Of a DNA stretch of 64,000 nt, positions 35,752-44,339 are shown one piece after another (the stretch's first letter is position 1; every line of letters starts with the position of its first letter). The position numbers were made by a program, and so were the translations under genes. The notes beneath the pieces were generated by a model that saw only the letters and a list, made by a program, of their open reading frames with translations, was not told where the DNA came from and did no database searches. This stretch comes from an uncultured Spirochaetales bacterium. Lineage in GTDB: Bacteria > Spirochaetota > Spirochaetia > CAYLLE01. The stretch lies in contig CAYLLE010000002.1 in the NCBI GenBank assembly GCA_964384485.1, positions 5,825 through 69,824 on the forward strand. Direction: 5' to 3'.

Positions 35752-37163
35752 TGATAAAACTTGATAAACCCAAATCATTTTATAACGAGTTTACCCGGAA
35801 GGGGGCGGGGCAGAAAGTTACCCATTACTGTCCCGGCTGCGGCCACGGGAATGTGCACAAATTTATTGCGGAAGCCGTAGACGATTTCGGTATTCAGGAC
35901 CGGACGGTTTTTTTATCCCCGGTGGGCTGCGCCGCCTTTGGGTACTACTACTTCGATACCGGAAATGTCGCGTGCGCCCACGGAAGAGCTCCGGCTGTTG
36001 GTACCGGAGTAATCCGCAGCCGGAAAGACGCCGTCGTCATCAGTTATCAGGGTGATGGTGATTTGGGCGGCATCGGCGCGGCAGAAATTATTCATGCCGC
36101 TAACCGGGGCGAGCACATGGCGGTCTTTTTTATCAATAACGCGATATACGGGATGACCGGCGGCCAGATGGCGCCGACAACCCTTTTGGGTCAGAAAACA
36201 GCAACCACTCCCTTCGGCAGGACTGAAGCACGGGAAGGCGGTCCGATCAAGGTTTGTGAAATGCTCAATGAAATCGAGGCTCCGGTTTACATCGAAAGGG
36301 TTTCCCTTGCTGACGGTCCGTCCCTGCTCAAGGCGCGGAAAGCTGTACGGAAGGCGCTTAAGAATCAGGTCGAACGAAAGGGCTTCAGCCTGGTGGAGAT
36401 ACTTTCACCCTGTCCGATAAACTGGAAAATGAGCCCGTCGGAAGCCCGGGAATGGATTAAAAGTACCATGGAGAAGGAGTTTCCCGTAAAAAAGTTCCGG
36501 GACAGAGAGCCGGAAGCGGATAAATCCGGGGAAGACGGTTTCCCGTGGGCCGGCGAATCGGAACTGCTGAATCTTTTGGGAATATCGGAAGATGAAACCA
36601 TTAGAAGAGCTGAAAAAAAGATAGAAGATCAGTTCATCAAGGTTGCCGGTTTCGGCGGTCAAGGGGTGATGTCTGCCGGGATTCTACTTGCCAACTGCGC
36701 GATTCATGAAGGCATTAATGCGGCCTGGCTTCCTTCCTACGGACCGGAAATGCGGGGCGGCTCCGCTAACGCGTCGGTGGTGATTTCGGAACGGATGATC
36801 GGTTCTCCCGTTGTGGATAATCCAAGCGCGCTCCTCGCCATGAACGGTCCGTCTCTAGACCGATTTGAAGAGACCGTTCGGCCCGGGGGAATCATTATTG
36901 TGAATTCTTCTTTAATATCCAGGGAAGTCGGCAGAAGCGATGTGAAGGTGATACGTGCGCCGGTAACCGATTTAGCGAATGACGCCGGGTTCCTCCGCGG
37001 CGCAAACATCATCATCATTTCGCTGTATCTCCTATCCGCCGGACAGGTTACATTACGGACTCTAGAAGAGGTAATTCCTCTGTCTCTAAAAAAACAGGAG
37101 TTCCGGGACATCAATATAAAAATGATCAAAATTGCCGAGGATTACTTCCGGAACCATGTTTAA
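35751..37163 (+). CDS. 2-oxoacid:ferredoxin oxidoreductase beta (TPP-binding) subunit fused to the gamma subunit
   Basis: 470 aa. The N-terminal roughly 270 aa is beta (HYCPGCGHGNVH, SYQGDGD TPP motif). After an acidic linker, the gamma domain reads IKVAGFGGQGVMSAGILLANCA...LPSYGPEMRGGSANASVVIS. Confidence 0.88.
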   Translation: MIKLDKPKSFYNEFTRKGAGQKVTHYCPGCGHGNVHKFIAEAVDDFGIQDRTVFLSPVGCAAFGYYYFDTGNVACAHGRAPAVGTGVIRSRKDAVVISYQGDGDLGGIGAAEIIHAANRGEHMAVFFINNAIYGMTGGQMAPTTLLGQKTATTPFGRTEAREGGPIKVCEMLNEIEAPVYIERVSLADGPSLLKARKAVRKALKNQVERKGFSLVEILSPCPINWKMSPSEAREWIKSTMEKEFPVKKFRDREPEADKSGEDGFPWAGESELLNLLGISEDETIRRAEKKIEDQFIKVAGFGGQGVMSAGILLANCAIHEGINAAWLPSYGPEMRGGSANASVVISERMIGSPVVDNPSALLAMNGPSLDRFEETVRPGGIIIVNSSLISREVGRSDVKVIRAPVTDLANDAGFLRGANIIIISLYLLSAGQVTLRTLEEVIPLSLKKQEFRDINIKMIKIAEDYFRNHV

Positions 37164-38223
37164 AATACTCGCCCTCAATCCCGGGTCCACTTCCACCAAA
37201 CTCGCCGTTTACGAAGACACCCGTGAGCTTGTTTCAGACACCCTGAGGCATACCTCCCGGGAACTCGCTGAATTCGAAGACGTCTCCGCACAGGGGCCCT
37301 TCCGGCGAAAAATAATCGCGGAGTTTCTGTCGGGTGCCGGATTGGCGGAGGAGAGTTTTGACGCGGTAATCGGAAGGGGCGGACTGCTTAAGCCGGTCGA
37401 AAGCGGCGTATACCGGGTAAACAGCGTTATGTTAGCCGATTTGGAAAGCGGCCGTTACGGGAAACACGCAAGCAATCTCGGCGGTATCCTGGCGGCTGAG
37501 ATCGCCGAACGGGCCGGCTGTTCAGCCTTTATCGCCGATCCGGTGGTGGTAGACGAGATGCACAATCTCGCCCGGCTCTCCGGTTTTCCCGGAATTAAAC
37601 GCCGCTCGGTGTTCCATGCCCTGAACCAGAAAGCAGCGGCCAGAAAAGCCGCCTTAAAACTCGGGAAACCGTACGAAGAGTGCCGGCTGATCGTTGCCCA
37701 CCTCGGCGGCGGTATTACCGTCGGAAGCCACGCTGGAGGCAGGGTTATTGATGTGAATAACGGCCTGGATGGAGACGGTCCCATGGCGGCGGAGCGTTCC
37801 GGGACGGTTCCCGCAGGACAGCTTGTTTCTTTCGTTTTGGATTCCGGAGATGGAGGAAAAGAGGCAAGACGTCGGATCACCGGCGGGGGCGGACTCGCCG
37901 GGTATTGCGGAACCAGTGATCTCCGGGAGGTTATCGCCCGGATGAACGGCGGCGACAGGGAATCAGGATTGGCTTTCCGGTCCATGGCATATCAGATTGC
38001 CAAAGAGATATCCATGCACGGTGCTGTGCTGAACGGGAACGTGGACATGATAATCATTACCGGGGGTATGGCCTTTGAAGAAAGGCTGACCAGTGAGATC
38101 GCCGGCCGGATCGCCTGGATCGCTCCGGTGGAGATAATCCCCGGGGAAGAGGAACTGACCGCTTTGGCAGAAAACGCCCTAGAAGCTCTCCGGGGAAACC
38201 GGATCATAAAGGAGTATCGATGA
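37156..38223 (+). CDS. buk: butyrate kinase (short/branched-chain acyl kinase)
   Basis: MFKILALNPGSTSTKLAVYED is an ASKHA N-terminus characteristic of butyrate kinases. About 355 aa. ATG 37156 overlaps the upstream gene by 8 nt. Confidence 0.9.
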   Translation: MFKILALNPGSTSTKLAVYEDTRELVSDTLRHTSRELAEFEDVSAQGPFRRKIIAEFLSGAGLAEESFDAVIGRGGLLKPVESGVYRVNSVMLADLESGRYGKHASNLGGILAAEIAERAGCSAFIADPVVVDEMHNLARLSGFPGIKRRSVFHALNQKAAARKAALKLGKPYEECRLIVAHLGGGITVGSHAGGRVIDVNNGLDGDGPMAAERSGTVPAGQLVSFVLDSGDGGKEARRRITGGGGLAGYCGTSDLREVIARMNGGDRESGLAFRSMAYQIAKEISMHGAVLNGNVDMIIITGGMAFEERLTSEIAGRIAWIAPVEIIPGEEELTALAENALEALRGNRIIKEYR

Positions 38224-39098
38224 ACCTTCATGATTTTCTTAAGGAACGTTCTCCGACGGAAAACCGGAAACGGGTGGTTATCCCCGGCGTCAGGGGAGAG
38301 GAGATCTTCCGGTTTCTCATTGCCGCGGAAGCTTTAGCCGATTTTATTCTGGTAGGCAGCACTGAAGAGATTCAGCGGGGACTCGGACAGAGGGAAGACG
38401 CGGGATTCGAAGTGATTTCCGCGGAAGATGATGAGGATGCATGCCGGATAGCCGGAAACGAACTTGCCGCTGGAAACGCGGATCTGCTGATGAAAGGACT
38501 GATTCAGACATCATCCTTTACCCGGATTCTGCTGAACAAGGAGCGGGGATTCACGAAACACGGATCACTCCTGAGCCATCTGAGTCTTTTCAGTCTTCCG
38601 GCTTATCATAAACCGCTCTTTCTAACGGACGCGGCAATAAATATTGCTCCCGGGGAGGAAGAGAAGGCGCGGATTCTCGGAAACGCCCTGGAGGGCCTGA
38701 AAAAATTAGGAATAAATCAGCCGAAAGCCGCCCTGATAGCTCCTGTAGAAAAGGTGAGTGAGAAAATTCCGAGTACCGTCCATGCCGCCTGTTTGAAAAA
38801 ACGGTTTGCCGGAAGGGACGATGTTCTGGTTGACGGTCCCTTCGGCCTTGATGCTGCGCTTTCCCGGGACGCAGCAGCGGTGAAAGGAATATCCGGTCCC
38901 GTTTGCGGAGATCCTGACTTGCTTCTTATGCCCGGATTGGACGCGGGAAACGTGCTGTACAAAGCGTTTTCGCTGATCGGCGACGCCGATCCCGCCGGTG
39001 TTGTTCTCGGAGCGTCCGTGCCTGCGGTGCTTACCTCCCGTTCCGACTCGGTGGAATCCAAGCTTCTGTCTCTGGCTTTGGCCCTCAGACTGTCCTGA
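38220..39098 (+). CDS. ptb: phosphate butyryltransferase
   Basis: 292 aa, PTA_PTB family of the short (Ptb) type. MKGLIQTSSFTRILL, PGLDAGNVLYKA. ATGA overlap with buk. Confidence 0.88.
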   Translation: MNLHDFLKERSPTENRKRVVIPGVRGEEIFRFLIAAEALADFILVGSTEEIQRGLGQREDAGFEVISAEDDEDACRIAGNELAAGNADLLMKGLIQTSSFTRILLNKERGFTKHGSLLSHLSLFSLPAYHKPLFLTDAAINIAPGEEEKARILGNALEGLKKLGINQPKAALIAPVEKVSEKIPSTVHAACLKKRFAGRDDVLVDGPFGLDAALSRDAAAVKGISGPVCGDPDLLLMPGLDAGNVLYKAFSLIGDADPAGVVLGASVPAVLTSRSDSVESKLLSLALALRLS

Positions 39099-39108
39099 TA
39101 CCCCAGTT

Positions 39109-40176
39109 ATGCAGACCCGTCATCAATTCATCACCGCCGATTCGGCCGATATTTCCGTACTTGACAATGAATCTATTGATTTGATCGTAACCTCGCCCCC
39201 ATATCCCATGATTGCGATGTGGGACGGCATATTTTCGGCCGGAAACCGGGAAGTTGAAGCGGCCTTTCAAAACTCCGACGGAGTTTCCGCTTTTGATGGA
39301 TGCCATCTCCTCCTTGACCGCATATGGGAAGAATGTTTCCGGGTATTAAAAAACGGTTCCTTTTTGTGTATCAACATAGGAGATGCGGTCAGGAAAATCG
39401 GTGATGATTTCAGGCTGTTTCCGAATCACAGCAGAATCACGTCAGCCTGCCGAAGGTTGGGATTTCAGTCGCTGCCCCTCATCCTATGGAGAAAACCCAC
39501 GAATGCCCCTACCAAATTTATGGGCTCCGGCATGTATCCCGCGGGCGCGTATGTCACTCTGGAACATGAATATATCCTGATATTCCGGAAAGGAGGGAAG
39601 TATGATTTTTCCGGCGCGGATAAAGACCGTCGAAGGAAGAGCGCCTATTTCTGGGAAGAACGCAATGTGTGGTTTTCTGATGTGTGGGATTTCCGGGGTA
39701 CAGGGCAGATCCTTTCCGGCGGAAAATCGCGGGAAAGGAGTGCCGCCTTTCCCCTTGAACTTCCGTACAGGCTGATCTGTATGTACAGTCTGTATGAAGA
39801 TACCGTACTCGATCCGTTTTCAGGGACAGGCACCACATCCCTGGCTGCCGCGGGAACGGGCAGGAACAGTATCGGAATTGATACGGATGCCGCGCTCAAC
39901 ACCGATGCCGGAAACATCCTGACTGCCTCCGCCGATATCCTGAATTCCCGGGTAACGGCTCGGATGGAGGGGCATGCCGCTTTTGCGGCTGAACGGATAA
40001 AAGCAGGTAAACCCCTGAAATACCAAAACAAACCTCACGGTGTTCCGGTGGTAACCCGTCAGGAGGAGCTTCTTGAACTATGGGAAATAACCGTGCCGCC
40101 GGAGCGTACCGACGGCGGAATAATTTTCCGGTACAGACCGTACCGGAAGAATCAGAGAGAACTTTTTGATCTATAG
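39109..40176 (+). CDS. beta-class DNA methyltransferase (N4-cytosine or N6-adenine), apparently orphan
   Basis: I prefer ATG 39109 (MQTRHQF...); the track ORF from 38998 overlaps ptb. Motif IV DLIVTSPPYP is near the N-terminus. Motif I VLDPFSGTGTTSLAAAGTGRNSIGID is about 215 aa later (order IV to I means beta class). There is a C-terminal extension of about 90 aa. No restriction-enzyme-like neighbour is present. Confidence 0.8.
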   Translation: MQTRHQFITADSADISVLDNESIDLIVTSPPYPMIAMWDGIFSAGNREVEAAFQNSDGVSAFDGCHLLLDRIWEECFRVLKNGSFLCINIGDAVRKIGDDFRLFPNHSRITSACRRLGFQSLPLILWRKPTNAPTKFMGSGMYPAGAYVTLEHEYILIFRKGGKYDFSGADKDRRRKSAYFWEERNVWFSDVWDFRGTGQILSGGKSRERSAAFPLELPYRLICMYSLYEDTVLDPFSGTGTTSLAAAGTGRNSIGIDTDAALNTDAGNILTASADILNSRVTARMEGHAAFAAERIKAGKPLKYQNKPHGVPVVTRQEELLELWEITVPPERTDGGIIFRYRPYRKNQRELFDL

Positions 40177-40560
40177 GGAAATTGCTTTCTTGCTTTCCCA
40201 AAGACCGTGAATGTTGCAGTAGCTTTCCGCGATAAGGGTGCCCGGAGCGTCAACCTTTACGGTGAAGGATGTCGCCGGATCGGAATAGGCCGGCCCCGTA
40301 TCGGCTCCTTTCACCGAAGCACCATGAGCGGAGAATTCATTTTTCCCGAGTTCGTAAATGAAGTTTCCGCCTTCCGGCATATAATAAAGGGCGATCCATT
40401 TGATGTAGTGTTCCGTTTTATTCGGATGTTCGATTTCTTTACCAACGGTTACCGTGACGGTGAAATTCTCGCCTTTCTTGATGTCAGAACCAACTTCAAT
40501 AACCGGCACATGTTTTTCGTTTTTAAAGTCATCTGTTTTAATATGATTTCCTAAGCCCAT
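40171..40560 (-). CDS. sor: superoxide reductase (1Fe-SOR / neelaredoxin type)
   Basis: 129 aa. EKHVPVI, EHPNKTEHYIKWI and YCNIHGLWE supply the His4-Cys iron ligands. There is no N-terminal desulforedoxin domain. Confidence 0.88.
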   Translation of the reverse strand: MGLGNHIKTDDFKNEKHVPVIEVGSDIKKGENFTVTVTVGKEIEHPNKTEHYIKWIALYYMPEGGNFIYELGKNEFSAHGASVKGADTGPAYSDPATSFTVKVDAPGTLIAESYCNIHGLWESKKAISL

Positions 40561-40667
40561 AAGTTTCTCCTTATCTGTAGTATTGACTAAAAGGTACTGA
40601 TAAACCGGAGAAAAGGGAAATCATGCAGCTTGCGTCATGAAGCATGGAATGAGAATAACGCTGAATA

Positions 40668-40698
40668 CAAAAAAACCGGCTGTTAAGCCGGTTTAGGA
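40668..40698 (-). terminator. rho-independent terminator downstream of the tRNA
   Basis: The minus strand reads AACCGGCTTAACAGCCGGTT followed by TTTTTTT (plus-strand A-run 40669-40675). It lies immediately 3' of the tRNA. Confidence 0.6.
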
Positions 40699-40701
40699 TT
40701 T

Positions 40702-40774
<73 letters not shown>

Positions 40775-40885
40775 CGATCTGAGAGTAATATATAAATTAA
40801 ACGCAAACGTGTCAACCCGCGGAACGGAGCAGGAAATAAAATCTTAACCGTCACGCCGAAGATTGACATCCCGCCGCTGGAATAG

Positions 40886-42013
40886 CTACAGCCAGCCTGT
40901 AAGTTCAGCCCAGAGCTTTCCAAAATGCACCATGTTCTGCCAGCTCACATCGGGAGGGATTCCGTGATCACAGCCGGGGATATAGCCGCCGCTTTCACAA
41001 ACCGGAGCGATCCGGTCTATCTCCTCTTCTATAATTTTACCGCCGGCGGCGATAGCCCGCTTATCAATGCCGCCGGTAAAAGCCATCTTTCTTCCGAACC
41101 GTTCCCGGTAGGCGGCTATATCGCATCCGGCCGCCGCTTCTATAGGATCACAGCAGTTTATCCCAGATTCGATCCAGATCGGGATCAGTTCGTCGATATT
41201 GCCGTCCGAATCCATATCGATTACCGGGACACCGGCATCCTTGGCCAGCCGGGTCCATGTTTCCCAAACCGGTTTGAGATGTTTCCGCGTCATATCGGGA
41301 GAAATCATGCTTGCCCCTTTATAGGCCATATCTTCACCCATATGAAACCGGTCCGGTACAATTTTTTCAAAGATCCGTTCCAGCATATCTTTGATGTAGT
41401 TCATCCAGAAATCGGCCATTTCGGAGATAAAATCAGGATCTTCAATAAAAAGCATGCAGAGCGGTTCGAAGCCGCACCATTCCCGCATTTGCCAAAAAGG
41501 ACCGTTTACCAGAATGGTGAGGGGATAGTCTCTCTCTTTGAGCGTTTCGGCCCGGTTATCAAAATCTTTCGGGAATCTTTCCGGAGAATCAGGATTGTAC
41601 CGTTTTTTCATCTCTTCAAAATCTTTCCGGCTTTCGACGGGAAACTTTATCCAGCGCCGGGTAACAAAATCTTTCGCCGATCTGATGTAGGTTGCATCGT
41701 ACTTGTCCGATATTTCAATGACATTGCCCATCCAGTCTTGCAGAATGTAGTGCCCCTTTTCGTGGGAGATTATCTTTTCTTCGTACTGGGGGATCATCCG
41801 GAAATCAATATCCGCCGGAACAGCCGGCTGTTTCGGTAAGTCGTAATTGATGCCTATTTCACGGCATAAGGCCCGGAACCAGTCTGCTCCGTCGGGCATT
41901 CCCTGGTTTCTCCAGGCGGTAAGCGTTGATTCCCGGGGACCCATCGTCCGCATGGGTACTTTGTCGGGATTTCCAAAGGTGAGTGTCTGTATAAAGCGCT
42001 GTCGTTCATTCAT
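40886..42013 (-). CDS. uroporphyrinogen decarboxylase (URO-D)-like family protein (MtaA/CmuA-like fold, function unknown)
   Basis: 375 aa. The N-terminus (RFIQTLTFGNPDKVPMRTMGPRESTLTAWRNQGMP) and overall length resemble the URO-D-like proteins common in anaerobes. I cannot see the specific activity. Confidence 0.7.
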   Translation of the reverse strand: MNERQRFIQTLTFGNPDKVPMRTMGPRESTLTAWRNQGMPDGADWFRALCREIGINYDLPKQPAVPADIDFRMIPQYEEKIISHEKGHYILQDWMGNVIEISDKYDATYIRSAKDFVTRRWIKFPVESRKDFEEMKKRYNPDSPERFPKDFDNRAETLKERDYPLTILVNGPFWQMREWCGFEPLCMLFIEDPDFISEMADFWMNYIKDMLERIFEKIVPDRFHMGEDMAYKGASMISPDMTRKHLKPVWETWTRLAKDAGVPVIDMDSDGNIDELIPIWIESGINCCDPIEAAAGCDIAAYRERFGRKMAFTGGIDKRAIAAGGKIIEEEIDRIAPVCESGGYIPGCDHGIPPDVSWQNMVHFGKLWAELTGWL

Positions 42014-42049
42014 GGAGAAGATTATATGGGATTACCTGTTCATGTTCAA

Positions 42050-42899
42050 TTATAAACCGGAAATTGCCTGGGTAAGCCCAGGTTCACCCTGATTATCCCA
42101 GCGGCATATCCAGTTCCCGGCGGAGATCTCAAGCCCCTCATCTTTTCGGTCAATATTTATCTCGGCTTTACGTGTTTCCCCGGGTGACTGTTCTGGAAGC
42201 CACAGGGATACTAATTCGCATACGGTATCGCCGGTCGAACAGGTAAACGGAGTTCGGTGTGAATTGATTTCTAAATCATCTTCCACAGCCCTCCAAATTT
42301 TATAGAAATGCCGGTTTGCATAGATACACTCTCCATCGCCCATGTAGGATACACCGAGTCGTCCATCTACATTTACCCAGCCTTTCTGCATTTTTCCTGG
42401 TTCCATCCGGTGAGAAGTAGTGAGAGATGAATCAGCGGAATTGTCCCGGCACGCGTACCCTTCGAATTTATTAATCCCGTTTTCGTGGTAAATGGTACGC
42501 GTAGATCGTCCCTGCCGGGTAGGTTTACCGTTTCCGAAGACCGGAACAATGGGATCATTAATTACAGAAATCATCCCCTGACTGAATTTGTCAATGCTGC
42601 ATTTCTGCCGCAAAGCCGGCTTGGTTCAATGTGCTTCCCATGTAATTCATGTAATTGGGATGAACGAATCCGTGGTTTTCCACCGTATTATCCGGAAGCG
42701 TTGTGCAGCACTCGGTCACCATTTCCAGCCGGGCGGAAAGAAAGAGTGCTGAAATACTGACTCCGCACTGACTTTCCCGGAAAAAGCCTCTCCCCCGTTC
42801 TCCCCATTGCTTCCCTTCATATTTCAGCTGACCGAGACTTACACCAGGTCGGATACAGTCCTCGGGACCCGTGTCGTGGGTAATACAGAGGTATCGGAT
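42050..42899 (-). pseudogene. probable gene remnant: two adjacent reading frames, no start for the upstream part
   Basis: Track ORF 42050-42613 (TTG start) is preceded by a different frame, 42899-42591. That frame translates cleanly (IRYLCITHDTGPEDCIRPGVSLGQLKYEGKQWGERGRGFFRESQCGVSISALFLSARLEMVTECCTTLPDNTVENHGFVHPNYMNYMGSTLNQAGFAAEMQH*). It begins directly after a TAG and has no start codon near its 5' end. This implies a frameshift near 42591-42650 and a lost N-terminus. Confidence 0.4.
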
Positions 42900-42904
42900 C
42901 TATA

Positions 42905-43807
42905 TCATGCATTTTTTGATTCCAATGTTTTGTTGTCCAGCAGCAGAAAATCTCCTTTTCTGCATCCCACATGTCTGGCTACTACCGGGCATTTTGCGAT
43001 TAAAAGATAAAAAACGGGATAATCCGACTCGGAAAGGGATTCGAAATTTCCCTGTCCTTTACTGATTATAAGATCAGCACGGTTAAGCCTGGCTAAAAAG
43101 TCGTCACTGCAGCGGTGGAGCAGGGTTCCGGGACCATCTGATCCGCTTGTGATTATTTCCGCCGATTTTTGAATGTCCGCCTGACGGGCGTCTTCTAACA
43201 CCGCATCGTTAATGATGGGAGTGCCCCGCACTGTATAGACTAATTCTGCTTCGGGGTTCACCGATTTAATTTCTTCCAGCAAAATACGGTCAAAAACCGT
43301 TTCTCCGGCGTTATCTCCAAGATATATTATAGATGAAGCGTCAAACAGGGCTTCCTTGAATTGTTCGAACTGAAAAAAACGGTCTTCCTCTTCTTCAATC
43401 AGCCGTTCCTCCATGTGTATCAGGTTAAAAATCTCCTGTTCAAAGGATTGGGTTTGTTTGACTCCGAAATCAATGATGTTGCCGGCAACTGCAAGCTGTA
43501 CTGCCATAAGGAGGTGATCATCCGCTTCCAGCAGCTTTTTCCGGATATCCGGAAGAATATTCAGTGCCAGCCGTGTGCTTTCCTGTTTCTGCTGCCGGTA
43601 CGGATCAGAATTTCCGGATTTTTCCTTGATCAGCTTATGGATGGTTACCGCCATTTCAGGCGGTTTTGTTTCCAGGGAAAATCCTTCCAGTTTTCTGCCG
43701 ATTTCTATAAGAACTTGCCGGGTATCTTCATCATTCAGTCCGGCAAACTGGGCTGCTTCAACTGCCTGCCGGAAAAAACAGGGATAACATTCAAGATAGG
43801 TTTTCAA
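42905..43807 (-). CDS. DUF89 / ARMT1-like damage-control phosphatase family protein
   Basis: 300 aa. MKTYLECYPCFFRQAVEAA start, YLGDNAGETVFD, ISKGQGNFESL. Confidence 0.8.
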   Translation of the reverse strand: MKTYLECYPCFFRQAVEAAQFAGLNDEDTRQVLIEIGRKLEGFSLETKPPEMAVTIHKLIKEKSGNSDPYRQQKQESTRLALNILPDIRKKLLEADDHLLMAVQLAVAGNIIDFGVKQTQSFEQEIFNLIHMEERLIEEEEDRFFQFEQFKEALFDASSIIYLGDNAGETVFDRILLEEIKSVNPEAELVYTVRGTPIINDAVLEDARQADIQKSAEIITSGSDGPGTLLHRCSDDFLARLNRADLIISKGQGNFESLSESDYPVFYLLIAKCPVVARHVGCRKGDFLLLDNKTLESKNA

Positions 43808-43930
43808 TGCTTGTGTCCTTTAATTTTTTGTACATTCAGATGATACATTTTTTTCCCGGCTTGGGGAACCGAAAACGGCACTCCGCGGTAATTCCGGAAA
43901 ATAGTGCTGAGGTAAAGAGATATTCGGCAC

Positions 43931-43961
43931 AAAAAAAGGCTGTCCGGAAATCCAGACAGCC
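43931..43961 (-). terminator. rho-independent terminator after glnK
   Basis: The minus strand reads GGCTGTC-TGGATTTCCG-GACAGCC followed by TTTTTTT (plus-strand A-run 43931-43937). It is 25 nt downstream of the glnK stop. Confidence 0.7.
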
Positions 43962-43985
43962 CGTCTTATAGGTAACAAAACCTTC

Positions 43986-44327
43986 TCAGCCTATAGCCTC
44001 CTCACCGGTTTCACCGCTTCTGATGCGGATACAATCGTCCATCGGGAGGATGAATATTTTTCCGTCTCCTATTTCTCCCGATCTCGCTCCCCGGATTATC
44101 GCGTCCACGGTGGGTTTTACAAAATTATCATTGACACCGATCTCGATCCTGGTCTTTTTGAGGAGATTCACCTCAATGGCAACCCCCCGGTAAGATTCGG
44201 TGTATCCTTTCTGCTGGCCGCAGCCTAAAGCATTGGTTACCGATATCTTGTAAACTTCAGATTTGTACAATTCTTCTTTTACGTCATTCAGCTTGTGGGG
44301 CTGAATATATGCAACAATCAGCTTCAT
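43986..44327 (-). CDS. glnK: nitrogen regulatory protein P-II (GlnK-type, adjacent to amtB)
   Basis: 113 aa, colinear with E. coli GlnB/GlnK ([18 protein letters not shown]..., GDGKIFILP). T-loop is [19 protein letters not shown]. Position 51 is Ile rather than Tyr. Confidence 0.92.
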   Translation of the reverse strand: MKLIVAYIQPHKLNDVKEELYKSEVYKISVTNALGCGQQKGYTESYRGVAIEVNLLKKTRIEIGVNDNFVKPTVDAIIRGARSGEIGDGKIFILPMDDCIRIRSGETGEEAIG

Positions 44328-44339
44328 TCTTTACCCCCT

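Noticed and set aside
40925-41839. 304-aa plus-strand ORF antisense to the URO-D-like gene.
   Set aside because: It is a shadow ORF with an Arg/Phe/Pro-rich, non-protein-like composition. The minus-strand frame gives a coherent 375-aa protein.
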